The notes: generated from the sequence alone by a model not told the origin. Shown: positions 46,256 to 55,970, counted from the stretch's first letter. The stretch: DNA of 64,000 bases from an uncultured delta proteobacterium (GCA_963782055.1 CAWAIF010000003.1:2560001-2624000), one strand, 5' to 3'. Translations and numbers: made by a program.

Positions 46256-47458
46256 ATGTCGCGCACGCGTCTGGCCGCGATCCTGACCGTGGCGGGGGCC
46301 GTCCTGGGGCTCGTCTTCGCCGCGTACTCCACCTACGACTACGCGCAGCACCTGGACCGTCAGGTCCACGGCGTGCACTGCAGCTTCATCCCCGGGGCCA
46401 GCGCGACGAGTCAGGACAACGCCTGCAAGACGGCGCTCTTCAGCCCCTTCTCCGCCGTCCTCCGGCAGAGCTTCTGGGGCGGGATCCCCATCGCCCTCTT
46501 CGCCGTCGGCACCTTCGCCTTCTTCGTCGGCTTCGGCCTGTACATGCTGCTCGCCGGGGAGCGGACGCCGCGCAGGGCGCTCCATTTCCTCGGCATCGTC
46601 GGGTTCGGTCCGTTCGTCGCCTCCGCCGTGATGGCCACCATCTCCGCGCTGGAGCTGCACACCTTCTGCAAGCTGTGTGTCGGCATCTACTTCAGCTCAA
46701 CGCTCGTCGCCGCGTCGGCGGTGATGGGGTGGCTGGTGCTGCGCGGCGAGAAGGACGTGAACGCCCGCCCGCCGGGCAAGCTCCCCGCGCTGCTCGGCTG
46801 GACGCTCGGGCTGGGCCTCGCCGCGCTCCTGCCCGCGGTGGCCTACGCCGGCAGCCTGCCCGACTACCGCCCCTACCTCACGAGCTGCGGCAAGCTGGCG
46901 GTGACGAAGGAGTCGCACGACGCCCTGCTCAAGATCCCCACCACCAACCCGAAGCGCGCGGTCACCCTCTTCGAGGACCCCCTCTGCCCGACGTGCAAGG
47001 CGTTCCACGAGCGGCTGGTCTACGACGGCGTCTTCGACCGGCTCGACGTGACGCTGGTGCTCTTCCCGCTGGACACCGAGTGCAACTGGATGCTCGACCG
47101 CAGCCTCCACCCCGGCGCGTGCGTGCTCAGCAAGGCGCTGCTCTGCGGCAAGGACCGCACGCGCGCGATGCTGGAGTGGTCCTTCGCCAACCAGGACGAT
47201 CTGCGCGACCTCGGCAAGTCCAGCCCCAAGGCGCTGGAGGACCGCATCGTCACGCAGTGGGGCGCCGACATGCGCTCGTGCATCGACTCGCCGGAGACGA
47301 AGGTGCGGCTGAACAGAAATTTGCATTACGCAAGCGACAACCACGTGCCGGTGTCCACCCCGCAGATGTACCTGGGGGATCGCCGCGTCTGCGACGAGGA
47401 CACCGACCTCGGGCTCAAGTACACCCTCAGCCAGCTCGCGCCGGAGGTGCTGCCATGA
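46256..47458 (+). CDS. VKOR-family membrane protein fused to a DsbA-like thioredoxin domain
   Basis: Loop Cys pair, TM helices, CKLC in the membrane domain; DPLCPTC and STP in the soluble domain. Confidence 0.8.
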   Translation: MSRTRLAAILTVAGAVLGLVFAAYSTYDYAQHLDRQVHGVHCSFIPGASATSQDNACKTALFSPFSAVLRQSFWGGIPIALFAVGTFAFFVGFGLYMLLAGERTPRRALHFLGIVGFGPFVASAVMATISALELHTFCKLCVGIYFSSTLVAASAVMGWLVLRGEKDVNARPPGKLPALLGWTLGLGLAALLPAVAYAGSLPDYRPYLTSCGKLAVTKESHDALLKIPTTNPKRAVTLFEDPLCPTCKAFHERLVYDGVFDRLDVTLVLFPLDTECNWMLDRSLHPGACVLSKALLCGKDRTRAMLEWSFANQDDLRDLGKSSPKALEDRIVTQWGADMRSCIDSPETKVRLNRNLHYASDNHVPVSTPQMYLGDRRVCDEDTDLGLKYTLSQLAPEVLP

Positions 47459-48213
47459 CCGATGAAGCGCAGGCGCGCCCGCAGCAGGACGGGGGCAAGC
47501 GGGAGCCGAAGGCCAAGCCCGGCCCGATACTCGTCGGCGCGCTGGTGGCGGCCGCCCTGGTGCTGGGGATGACCCTCGTCGTGCGCGGCATGGTCGACTC
47601 GGCGGCCTACCGGCTCGCGCACCCGGAGGCGGTGGCCGCCGAGGCGAAGGTCGCCGTGGCGGACAACACCGAGGCCGCGTACTGCACGCCGGAGTTCAAG
47701 CAGGTGCTCGACCGCGTGCTGCACTCCTGCGGCCTGGTCGGCAGCGAGAACCGGCGCGGCTGCCAGCCGGCGGACGTGAAGACGTTCGCCTCCATCAGCG
47801 ACGCCGACTTCAACGCCCTCTTCACCCCGCTGCGCGATCGCGGGGCTGTCATCATGTTCGACGACGGCAAGGACGACCTGGACGATGGCGCCAAGAAGCT
47901 GCTCGAGCAGAAGTGGCTGGACCGCCGCGGCGCTCGTTACTTCTTCGTCGTGGCGCGCGCGTCGAAGACGGGCACCGCCGACATGAACCGCGCGCTCTCC
48001 CACCGCCGCGCCAACTCGGTCATGCTGGACCTGCAGAGCCAGTACCACGACCCCGACCTGGACAAGCTGGTGGGCCTGCTGTGGCTGGGGAGCGAGTTCG
48101 CCCAGCTCAACAAGGACTACTGCGACTGGCCCAACTCCCGCCCGGGGAAGAAGTGCGACCCCGAGGCGGTCAACCGGAGCGCGTTCGTCTCATGGGTCGA
48201 CTGCCGCTTGTGA
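47455..48213 (+). CDS. Membrane-anchored Cys-containing protein with degenerate OmpA-C-like domain
   Basis: N-terminal TM; IMFDDGK...ARASKTG...NRALSHRRANSV resembles OmpA-like motifs; ATGA overlap with the upstream gene. Confidence 0.55.
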   Translation: MTDEAQARPQQDGGKREPKAKPGPILVGALVAAALVLGMTLVVRGMVDSAAYRLAHPEAVAAEAKVAVADNTEAAYCTPEFKQVLDRVLHSCGLVGSENRRGCQPADVKTFASISDADFNALFTPLRDRGAVIMFDDGKDDLDDGAKKLLEQKWLDRRGARYFFVVARASKTGTADMNRALSHRRANSVMLDLQSQYHDPDLDKLVGLLWLGSEFAQLNKDYCDWPNSRPGKKCDPEAVNRSAFVSWVDCRL

Positions 48214-48848
48214 TGATCGTCGGCGCGCTCGCGGCCTGCGCCGCGTGCGACGACAAGGGGCCGCCCCCGCCCGCCGCCTCCCGCAGCGAGCAGGTGGTGG
48301 CGAGCGGGAACATGCCCACCGCGGCGCCCAGCGTCGCCTCGGCGGCGCCGGTCGTCACGGCGCCCGCGGCCCCGCGCGTGCTCTGCGACAAGAGCGAGCG
48401 CACCCTCGCCAAGGTGGTGCCGGACTTCGTCGACCGCGCGGGACACGACAAGAAGGCACGCCTACCGCTCGACGACAAGCACCTCATCTGGATCAACTTC
48501 TTCGCCGCGTGGTGCGGCCCGTGCAAGGAGGAGATCCCGCGTATCCAGCGGTTCTCGCAGCGGCTGGTGAAGGACGGCGTGCCCGTGGAGGTCGCCTTCG
48601 TCTCCATCGACGACGACCTGCGGCAGCTCCAGGGCTTCTACGCCGCGCAGCCGGCGACGGGCGTCAAGTCGTCGTACTGGCTCCCCGACGGACCCACGCG
48701 CAACGGCTTCCTCTCGGCGCTCCGGATGAAGACCTCGCCGGAGCTGCCGGAGCACGTCATCGTGGACGGCAAGGGCGAGTCGAAGTGCTTCATCGACGGC
48801 GCCATCGAGGACAAGGACTACGCCGAGCTCCTCTCGGCGCTGAAGTAG
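48192..48848 (+). CDS. TlpA/ResA-like thiol:disulfide oxidoreductase, lipoprotein (alternative start at 48213)
   Basis: INFFAAWCGPCKEEIP, FVSID, LPEHVIVD; AAC lipobox. Confidence 0.85.
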   Translation: MGRLPLVMIVGALAACAACDDKGPPPPAASRSEQVVASGNMPTAAPSVASAAPVVTAPAAPRVLCDKSERTLAKVVPDFVDRAGHDKKARLPLDDKHLIWINFFAAWCGPCKEEIPRIQRFSQRLVKDGVPVEVAFVSIDDDLRQLQGFYAAQPATGVKSSYWLPDGPTRNGFLSALRMKTSPELPEHVIVDGKGESKCFIDGAIEDKDYAELLSALK

Positions 48849-48849
48849 C

Positions 48850-49485
48850 GTGCGCGCCGGGCCGGTGCTCGCCGTCGCGCTGGGCGTCGCGCTCGCCACC
48901 TCCGCGCGCGCCGGCGACTCCGGCCTCATCGCCCCCGACGTGCGCATGCCCTTCGCCGTCGGCTGGGCCTACAGCGGCGGGATGCGCTCGCCTGCCCTCG
49001 CCACCGCGCTCGTCGGGGAGGTGGACTTCTACCGCGTGCATCGCGGCCTGGACGTCGGCGTCGCGCTTTCCATCGACAGCCTCTCGCGGCCGGACGTCCA
49101 CGTCCCGGCCGGTACGCCCGGGCCCGGGGTGCTGGGCCTGCTCTTCGGCGGCGGCCTCTTCTGGAGGCCGGGTGGGGGGCTCGCCCTGGGGCTCGGCTCG
49201 GGCATCGGCCCTGTCTTCCGCGGGGACGACGTCGTGGGCCTCGCGCTCGCCACGCGGCTGCAGGTGTGGCCGCGCTACCTGGACGTGAAGGAGTCCACGC
49301 GCTGCGCCGAGGGCGGCCTCCTGACCTACGTGGCGGGTGCGCTGAGCCTGTGGAGCGAGGCGCGCGTGGACTTCAGCGATCAGAGCGGAGGGACGCTCGC
49401 CTTCGGCGGCGCGTTCGACGTCGCCCGCGGGATGATCCTGCCGCTCGTCGGGCTCGCCATGCACCAGGCGTGCAGCCGGGATTGA
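48850..49485 (+). CDS. Exported hypothetical protein, possibly beta-strand-rich
   Basis: Signal peptide ending ARA; alternating hydrophobic/Gly strands; starts 1 nt after the upstream stop. Confidence 0.55.
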   Translation: MRAGPVLAVALGVALATSARAGDSGLIAPDVRMPFAVGWAYSGGMRSPALATALVGEVDFYRVHRGLDVGVALSIDSLSRPDVHVPAGTPGPGVLGLLFGGGLFWRPGGGLALGLGSGIGPVFRGDDVVGLALATRLQVWPRYLDVKESTRCAEGGLLTYVAGALSLWSEARVDFSDQSGGTLAFGGAFDVARGMILPLVGLAMHQACSRD

Positions 49486-49495
49486 GCGGCGCCGC

Positions 49496-51019
49496 TCACC
49501 CCTGGCCCGCCGGCGAGAGGTCCACCGCGAGGCGCGTGCGGCCGACGATGATCTGGTCGCCGTGCTCGAGCGACTCCTCCGTCTTCACGCGGACGAAGAC
49601 GCCGGTGCGCGACTGCAGGTCCGTCAGCACGATGGAGCCCGCCTGCTCCTCGATGTAGCAGTGCTGATCGCTCACCAGCGGGTCGTTGGGGAAGACGAGG
49701 TCTCCCACGGCCGCGCCCACCTGGAGCGTCGTGCCGCGCGCCACGACGCACGCGCCGGGGGCGCCGCCCTCGAAGATCTGCACGACCCGGAAGGCGGAGG
49801 GCCACTTGGGCGAGGAGTAGAAGTACGTCGGCTCGGGGTCCGGCTCGTCGTCGGCGGTGGGGTTCTTCTCGATGCGCAGGAGCTGATCGCCCACGATGAA
49901 CTCGTCGCCGGGCTCCACCTCGACGGGGCGGCGCACGCGAAGGAAGACGCCGTTGCCGCCCTCGATGTCCTCCACCCAGAGGCCGTTGTTGCGCCACTTG
50001 AGCACGGCCTCGCTCGGGTGGCAGAAGTGCTCGCCGGGGAGGTCGATGCCGCCGCGCGCGCCGATGATCACCTCGTCGCCGCGGGGCTCGTAGACGCCGG
50101 GGCCGCCGGTGAGGCTGCGAAGGACGTGGACGCGGAAGCGGACGCGCGGCGGGCGCACCAGCGGCACGGCGTCGGGCTCCGGCGGGCGCACCAGCGGCAC
50201 CGGCTGCGCGGGGAGCGGCGGCGGCGGGCGGGGCGCGCTGGGGCGGGGCGCGGGCTGCGAGGCCGCCGGCGCCTGGGCGGCGGGCCTGGCCGCGGCCGGC
50301 GCGGGCTTCGCCTCGGCGGCGGGGGCCTGGGCGCCTGCGGCGGGGGCCTCCTGCGAGGCGGGGGGCGCCGCCTTCTTCTTGATGCGCTTGATGTCGACGT
50401 CCGGCGGCGCGGTGAGCACCTCCATCCCGCCGATCGCCTTGCCCTCGATGACGGGATCGAACTTGCCGTCGCGCAGGGCGATGATCATCTCCATCTGCTG
50501 GCCCTTCATCAGGCCGCGGACGTAGAGGGCGACGTCGCTGCGGGAGACCTGGTCGGCGTAGACGCGCTTGTGACTCTTGATGACACGCCCGCCGTCGGCG
50601 AACAGGTGCGTGATGATGTGCGGCTTGTTGAGGCCGGAGTCCTCGGTCTGGATGTGGTAGACGCGATCCTTGTACTTTACATTGTTGTTGAAGCCGACCT
50701 GCGCGCGGTTGAAGCTCGGCTGCGCCATCTCCCGCTCCAGGCGGGAGAGCTCGTCGGCGGTCCACTTCTGGATGGCGGCGTCCAGCTCCGAGCTCTCGCC
50801 GTCCAGCCCCTCCATCCGCGCGAAGGCGGCCTTCGCCAGGGGGGAGCCGGGGGCGATGCGCAGCGCGCCCGCGAGGAGCTTCTGCCCGTCCGCGTCGTTC
50901 GGGCCGCTCACCGCCCAGGCCGTCAGCATGGCGACGGCGTCATCGGTGCGGCCCTTGTCGACCAGCCACTTGGCGACCTTGCTGGCGGAGGCACGCGCTT
51001 GAGGAGCGCTCTGGGACAT
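49496..51019 (-). CDS. Protein with two FHA-like domains and a conserved-looking N-terminal region
   Basis: GNGVFLRV...GDEFIVGDQ and VSDQHC...TGVFVRV...GDQIIVG repeats; Pro/Ala linker. Confidence 0.8.
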   Translation of the reverse strand: MSQSAPQARASASKVAKWLVDKGRTDDAVAMLTAWAVSGPNDADGQKLLAGALRIAPGSPLAKAAFARMEGLDGESSELDAAIQKWTADELSRLEREMAQPSFNRAQVGFNNNVKYKDRVYHIQTEDSGLNKPHIITHLFADGGRVIKSHKRVYADQVSRSDVALYVRGLMKGQQMEMIIALRDGKFDPVIEGKAIGGMEVLTAPPDVDIKRIKKKAAPPASQEAPAAGAQAPAAEAKPAPAAARPAAQAPAASQPAPRPSAPRPPPPLPAQPVPLVRPPEPDAVPLVRPPRVRFRVHVLRSLTGGPGVYEPRGDEVIIGARGGIDLPGEHFCHPSEAVLKWRNNGLWVEDIEGGNGVFLRVRRPVEVEPGDEFIVGDQLLRIEKNPTADDEPDPEPTYFYSSPKWPSAFRVVQIFEGGAPGACVVARGTTLQVGAAVGDLVFPNDPLVSDQHCYIEEQAGSIVLTDLQSRTGVFVRVKTEESLEHGDQIIVGRTRLAVDLSPAGQG

Positions 51020-51080
51020 TGGCTCGATTGATCGTCGGGTTGCGGTCGAATGACAAGGGAAAGCCGCCGCCGGGCGGCTG

Positions 51081-51725
51081 TCAATACTTGAGGACGCTCT
51101 CCACCCGGACGGGGAGCAGGCGCTCCCGGCCGTTCAGGAAGGTGAGCTCCACCACGAAGGCGTGCGCCACGACGTAGCCGCCCTGGAGGCGGACGAGCTC
51201 TGCGGCGGCCCGGGCGGTCCCGCCCGTCGCGAGCAGGTCGTCCATCACGATGCACCGCGACTCCTCCGGGATGGAGTCCTTGTGCATCTGGAGCTCCGCC
51301 GTGGAGTACTCGGTGTCGTAGAGGACGGCGTCGGTCTCGGAGGGCAGCTTGCCCGGCTTGCGCGCGGGGACGAAGCTCGCGTTCAGCCGCGCCGCGAGCG
51401 CGCCCCCGAAGATGAAGCCGCGCGCCTCGACGCCGACCACCACGTCCACGTGCTCGCCGATGAAGCGCTCGGCGATGGCGTCGAGCACGACGTGGAAGGC
51501 GCGCGGGCTGGCGAGCAGGGGCGTGATGTCCTTGAAGAGGACTCCGGCGCGCGGGAAGTCGGGCACGTCGCGGATCTTGGACCGCGCGAACTCCAGAGAG
51601 TCCAGGGGCATCGAGACGAGCTGGCGCGGTGGGGTGCGCTTCACGGCGGCGCGCTTCGGCGCCTTGGGCGTGCGCATGGGGCGGCGGGCGGCGAGCGGCG
51701 GCCGCGTCTTCGGCTTGGAGGGCAT
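51081..51725 (-). CDS. apt: Adenine phosphoribosyltransferase (alternative start at 51611)
   Basis: PDFPRAGVLFKDITPLL, EARGFIFG, RKPGKLP, MDDLLATGGT. Confidence 0.95.
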   Translation of the reverse strand: MPSKPKTRPPLAARRPMRTPKAPKRAAVKRTPPRQLVSMPLDSLEFARSKIRDVPDFPRAGVLFKDITPLLASPRAFHVVLDAIAERFIGEHVDVVVGVEARGFIFGGALAARLNASFVPARKPGKLPSETDAVLYDTEYSTAELQMHKDSIPEESRCIVMDDLLATGGTARAAAELVRLQGGYVVAHAFVVELTFLNGRERLLPVRVESVLKY

Positions 51726-51861
51726 CGGAGGGCGATGCTACACGAACCGGCGCCCGAAGCCGACGCCGCAACGACGCGCGATCGGCCCCGGGCGGGCGGG
51801 GCCGTCCGGGTCCCACGCCGGGCGGACCGCGATGAGGCGGACGTGGTAGATCAGGCGCCCG

Positions 51862-52623
51862 ATGCGACCCCTCATCTTGCTGTCCAACGACGACGGTCAC
51901 GCCCGGCGAGGCATCCGCACCTTGCGCGCCGCCCTCATGGAGGCGTTCGAGGTGGTCATCGTCGCGCCGGAGGTGGAGCAGAGCGCGGCCAGCCACGCGT
52001 TGAGCCTGCACCGCCCACTGCGCGTGCGGCGCGTCGAGGAGGGCATCTTCGCGGTGGACGGTACCCCCGCCGACTGCGTCTACGTCGCCTTGCACCACGG
52101 GCGGCTGCTGCCGCGGCCGCCCGACCTCGTCGTGTCCGGCCTCAACCACGGCCTCAACCTGGGGCAGGACGTCTTCTACTCCGGGACGGTCGCGGCCGCG
52201 CGGGAAGGGGCGCTGCGGCGCATCCCGGCCATCGCCGCCAGCGCGCAGCAGGGGGTCGACCGCGAGGCCGCCGCGCGCGCGGTCACCAGGATGACGGCGG
52301 CGGCGCTCGCCGCGCACGACGCCGGCGCGCCACACGGGGAGCTGTTCAACGTGAACTTCCCGGCGAAGTGGCGCGGCGAGGTGCGCGTCACGCGCGTGGG
52401 CAACCGCCTCTACGAGGAGCTGCTCGACTTCCGCAAGGACCCGCGCGGCCGCGAGTACTTCTGGCTGGGCGGCGCCAGCGTGCGCCACGAGCCGGACCCC
52501 GGCACCGACACCGAGGCCCACGACGCGGGCGCGGCGTCCATCACGCCGCTGCGCCTGGAGCTGACGGCGGAGAAGCTGGCGCCGGTGGCCGAGGCGCTCG
52601 CCCAGGCGGCGAAGGGCAGCTGA
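51862..52623 (+). CDS. surE: 5'/3'-nucleotidase SurE
   Basis: LLSNDDG, GTPADCV, VVSGLNHGLN, YSGTVAAA. Confidence 0.95.
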   Translation: MRPLILLSNDDGHARRGIRTLRAALMEAFEVVIVAPEVEQSAASHALSLHRPLRVRRVEEGIFAVDGTPADCVYVALHHGRLLPRPPDLVVSGLNHGLNLGQDVFYSGTVAAAREGALRRIPAIAASAQQGVDREAAARAVTRMTAAALAAHDAGAPHGELFNVNFPAKWRGEVRVTRVGNRLYEELLDFRKDPRGREYFWLGGASVRHEPDPGTDTEAHDAGAASITPLRLELTAEKLAPVAEALAQAAKGS

Positions 52624-52625
52624 CG

Positions 52626-54671
52626 ATGGCCGAGCGCGAGTCGTTCACCTACGAGCTGCACGGCACGCGCGTCGCGGACCCCTACCGCTGGCTGGAGGAC
52701 GGCGAGTCGGAGGAGGTCCGGCGATGGACGGAGGAGCACAACGCGCGCGTCCTGGCGTACCTCCGGGCGGTCCCGGGCGTGGACGCCCTGCGCGCGCGCG
52801 TCGGCGCGCTGCTCCGCATCGGCTTCGCCTCGCCGCCGGCGGTGCGGCGGACCACGGGCGGGACGCTGCGCTACTTCCACGAGCGGCGGGAGGGCGCGCA
52901 GCTCCAGCCGGTGCTCTGCGTGCGCGAAGGCGAGGGCGGCGAGGACCGCGTGCTGCTGGACGCCAGCGCCCTCTCCACCGACGGCACGTCGGCGGTGGAC
53001 TGGTGGTACGTCTCGCCGTCGGGCGTGCGCGTGGCGTGGGGCCGCAGCGAGAGCGGCAGCGAGCAGAGCACCCTGCACGTGCGGGACGTGGCCACCGGCG
53101 AGGACTTGCCGGTGCGCATCCCCGGCACGCAGCACGGCGTGGTGGCGTGGCGCGACGACGACAGCTTCTTCTACGTCCGCTTCCCCGCCGCGGGCACGGT
53201 GCCTCCCGGCGAGGAGCAGTACGGCGGCAAGGTGTTCGAGCACGTGATCGGGCGCGACGCGGCCGAGGACGCCGTCGTCTTCGGCGAGGGTCTGGACAAG
53301 ACCGACCTGCCGCAGCCGCTGCTCGCCCCGGGTGGCCGGTGGCTTGTCGTCGTCGTCGCGCAGGGCTGGGGCAAGACCGAGGTCCACCTCTGCGATCTGC
53401 AGGCGCCGGCGCCCTCCTTCGTCGCGGTGGCGTCCGGGGAGGAGGCCATCTTCGAGGCCATCCCGTGCCGCGACCGCCTCTACCTCTTCACCAACTCCGG
53501 AGCGCCGCGCTACCGCCTCGTGGCGGTCGACTACGCGCGGCCGGAGCGCGCCGCGTGGGTGGAGATCCTCCCCGAGCAGCCGGACGTGCTGACGAGCGTC
53601 GCGGTGACGGAGACGGCGGTGGTCGCCTCCACCCTGCGCGACGCGGCCTCCAGCGTGCACGTCTTCGGGCTGGACGGCGCGCCGCGCGGGCAGGTGACGC
53701 TGCCGGCGATGGGCAGCGCGAGCGTCGTGTCCTCTCCGGAGGCGGGTACCGACGAGGCGTTCGCCGCGTTCGCCTCCTTCGCGTCGCCGCCGCAGGCGCT
53801 GCGGCTGGAGGTGGGGGCGTCCGGCGCGACGGCCCGCGTGTGGGACAGGGTGGCGGGCGCGGTGGACGAGCGCGCCATCCGCGTGGAGCGGCTCTTCGCC
53901 ACGTCGCGGGACGGGACCCGGGTGCCCATGTTCGTCCTCTCCCGCGCCGGCGATCCGCCCGGCCCCCGCCCGACGGTCCTGTACGGCTACGGCGGCTTCA
54001 ACGTGAACCAGACCCCCGCCTTCAGCTCGCGCGCGCTCGCCTTCGTGGAGCGCGGCGGGGTGTGGGCCTCGGCGGTGCTGCGCGGGGGTGGCGAGTACGG
54101 CGAGGAGTGGCACCGCGGCGGGATGCTGGATCGCAAGCAGAACGTCTTCGACGACTTCGTCGCCTGCGCCGAGCGGCTGATCGAGGGCGGCGTCACGACG
54201 CCGGAGCACCTGGGCATCCTGGGCGGCTCCAACGGCGGCCTGCTGGTGGCGGCGGCGCTCACCCAGCGGCCAGAGCTCTTTCGCGCCGCGGTGAGTCTGG
54301 TGCCGCTCACCGACATGCTCCGCTACCACCTCTTTCGTCTGGGGCGCTACTGGATCACCGAGTACGGGTCGCCGGAAGACGCGGCGGCGTTCCGCGTGCT
54401 GGAGGCCTACTCGCCCTACCATCACGTGCGCGCCGGCGTGCGCTACCCCGCCGTGCTGCTCGCCACCGCCGAGAGCGACTCACGCGTCGACCCGATGCAC
54501 GCGCGCAAGATGGCGGCGGCGCTGGAGGCCGCAGGCGGCGAGCGGCCCGTCCTGCTGCGCGTCGAGACGAAGGCAGGGCACGGGGCGGGAAAGCCGATCA
54601 GCAAGGTGGAGGAGCAGCTCGCGCTCGAGCTGGGATTTCTGGCGCGAGAGCTGGGCGTGCGGCTGAGCTGA
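52626..54671 (+). CDS. Prolyl oligopeptidase (S9A)
   Basis: DPYRWLED, YGYGGF, GGSNGGLL, DSRVDP, AGHG. Confidence 0.93.
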   Translation: MAERESFTYELHGTRVADPYRWLEDGESEEVRRWTEEHNARVLAYLRAVPGVDALRARVGALLRIGFASPPAVRRTTGGTLRYFHERREGAQLQPVLCVREGEGGEDRVLLDASALSTDGTSAVDWWYVSPSGVRVAWGRSESGSEQSTLHVRDVATGEDLPVRIPGTQHGVVAWRDDDSFFYVRFPAAGTVPPGEEQYGGKVFEHVIGRDAAEDAVVFGEGLDKTDLPQPLLAPGGRWLVVVVAQGWGKTEVHLCDLQAPAPSFVAVASGEEAIFEAIPCRDRLYLFTNSGAPRYRLVAVDYARPERAAWVEILPEQPDVLTSVAVTETAVVASTLRDAASSVHVFGLDGAPRGQVTLPAMGSASVVSSPEAGTDEAFAAFASFASPPQALRLEVGASGATARVWDRVAGAVDERAIRVERLFATSRDGTRVPMFVLSRAGDPPGPRPTVLYGYGGFNVNQTPAFSSRALAFVERGGVWASAVLRGGGEYGEEWHRGGMLDRKQNVFDDFVACAERLIEGGVTTPEHLGILGGSNGGLLVAAALTQRPELFRAAVSLVPLTDMLRYHLFRLGRYWITEYGSPEDAAAFRVLEAYSPYHHVRAGVRYPAVLLATAESDSRVDPMHARKMAAALEAAGGERPVLLRVETKAGHGAGKPISKVEEQLALELGFLARELGVRLS

Positions 54672-54902
54672 GCGCCGCGGCCGATTGGCCAGCGGAGGCG
54701 CGCGGTTCGGTGACGAGGGAAGATCTCCGCCGCCGCGTCGTAAGACCGCCTGGACTGGCGCTGTGGACCAGGGCGACCTGCCCACGCTTGACACCTAGTG
54801 GGAGAAACGGTCCCATGTCGCCCGCTTGGCTGTGCACCCGGGCACCGGGGAGGCTCGGGACGCTCGAGATTCTGGGAAAAAGGGAAGGGAAAGGAACACG
54901 CT

Positions 54903-55460
54903 ATGAAGATCGTTGGACGTCGTTCACGTTGGTTGGAGCTCGCGCAGGTTCTGGGAGCGCTCATGCTCGTCCTCGCGGCCCTGGTCGCGTGCAAGAAGGG
55001 CAGCTCGTCCTCCTCGAGCGGGAGCAGCAGCGCCCCGGCGAAGATCGGCGACACCGTCACGTTCGACGACTCGGAGTGGGTCGTCATCGAGGCGAAGGAC
55101 GTCGGCAAGACGGTGAAGAACAACAGCGAGTTCGCCGCTGACGACGAGAAGGAGAAGAAGACGGAGGGCCGCTTCATCCAGGTCCACTACAAGATCACCA
55201 ACAAGGGCAAGAAGGAGGAGATGCTCCTCGACCGTCCGAAGATCGTGGACGCCAAGGGCCGTGAGTTCGGTCCGATCGAGATGGAGAGCTTCTACGTGCC
55301 GGCGAAGTCCAAGACGATCGGCCTGGACACGCTGCAGCCGAGCATGCCGAAGGAGTACTGGACGGTCATCGAGGTCCCGCCGGACGCGAAGGGCCTCAAG
55401 TTGCAGGTCCACGGCTTCAGCCTGCTCAGCGACAAGAAGACCGTCGACCTCGCGCTCTGA
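54903..55460 (+). CDS. DUF4352-like lipoprotein
   Basis: LVAC lipobox; KIGDTV, IVDAKGREF, LQP...EVP pattern. Confidence 0.65.
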   Translation: MKIVGRRSRWLELAQVLGALMLVLAALVACKKGSSSSSSGSSSAPAKIGDTVTFDDSEWVVIEAKDVGKTVKNNSEFAADDEKEKKTEGRFIQVHYKITNKGKKEEMLLDRPKIVDAKGREFGPIEMESFYVPAKSKTIGLDTLQPSMPKEYWTVIEVPPDAKGLKLQVHGFSLLSDKKTVDLAL

Positions 55461-55483
55461 GCGACGACGCGTCTCGTGCGCTC

Positions 55484-55524
55484 CGGCCGCGTCGGGTTCT
55501 GCCCGGCGCGGCCGTCGCGCTTTT
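55484..55524. terminator. Hairpin between convergent genes, with a short T-run
   Basis: 13-bp stem CGGCCGCGTCGGG/CCCGGCGCGGCCG (one G-U pair), then TTTT at 55521. Confidence 0.45.
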
Positions 55525-55545
55525 GTGGCCGCGAGGTGGCGCCGC

Positions 55546-55803
55546 TCAGGCAGCCAGGGCGGGGGCCGGGCGACGCTTGCGACCGGCGTCGATGGAGGCC
55601 ACCGCCACGGCGAGGCCGACGAGCGTGAGGCGCGCCTCGTCGCCGCGGAGCAGCAGCAGGCCTGCGCGTTCCAGCCGGCCGAGGGCGGCGCGGAGGCGGC
55701 GCGGGGTGAGGGCGACGCGCGCGGCGAGGGCCGGCATGTCGGCGCGCCGGCGGTGACGGGAGCAACGGAGGATGGCCCGGAGAACGGTGAGGTCGGAGTG
55801 CAT
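55546..55803 (-). CDS. Small basic winged-helix-like protein, 85 aa
   Basis: LAARVAL...LRAALGRLERAGLL...RLTLVG pattern typical of wHTH proteins. Confidence 0.6.
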   Translation of the reverse strand: MHSDLTVLRAILRCSRHRRRADMPALAARVALTPRRLRAALGRLERAGLLLLRGDEARLTLVGLAVAVASIDAGRKRRPAPALAA

Positions 55804-55840
55804 GTTCAGTACATAGTTCAGGTACTGAACAGGCATCCAG
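55804..55840. promoter_or_regulatory. Operator-like cluster of GTTCAG/CTGAAC half-sites (putative LexA box)
   Basis: 9-bp IR GTTCAGTAC/GTACTGAAC; CTGAAC-N4-ATCCAG at 55825-55840; AT-rich island. Confidence 0.5.
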
Positions 55841-55970
55841 TTTGTGGCGTCGATTTCTCGCAAATCCTCGGGATCGTGGGCGAATGCCTCCGCCCTCGGG
55901 GTGACCGTCTCGATCGCGAGCATGCTAGCGGTCAGGCGAAGGGGCTTCGGGGTTGGGGGGCGTTCGGGGT

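Noticed and set aside
51612..51725. Lys/Arg-rich N-terminal extension on Apt
   Set aside because: An in-frame ATG at 51611 gives a normal-length enzyme; the real start cannot be decided from sequence alone
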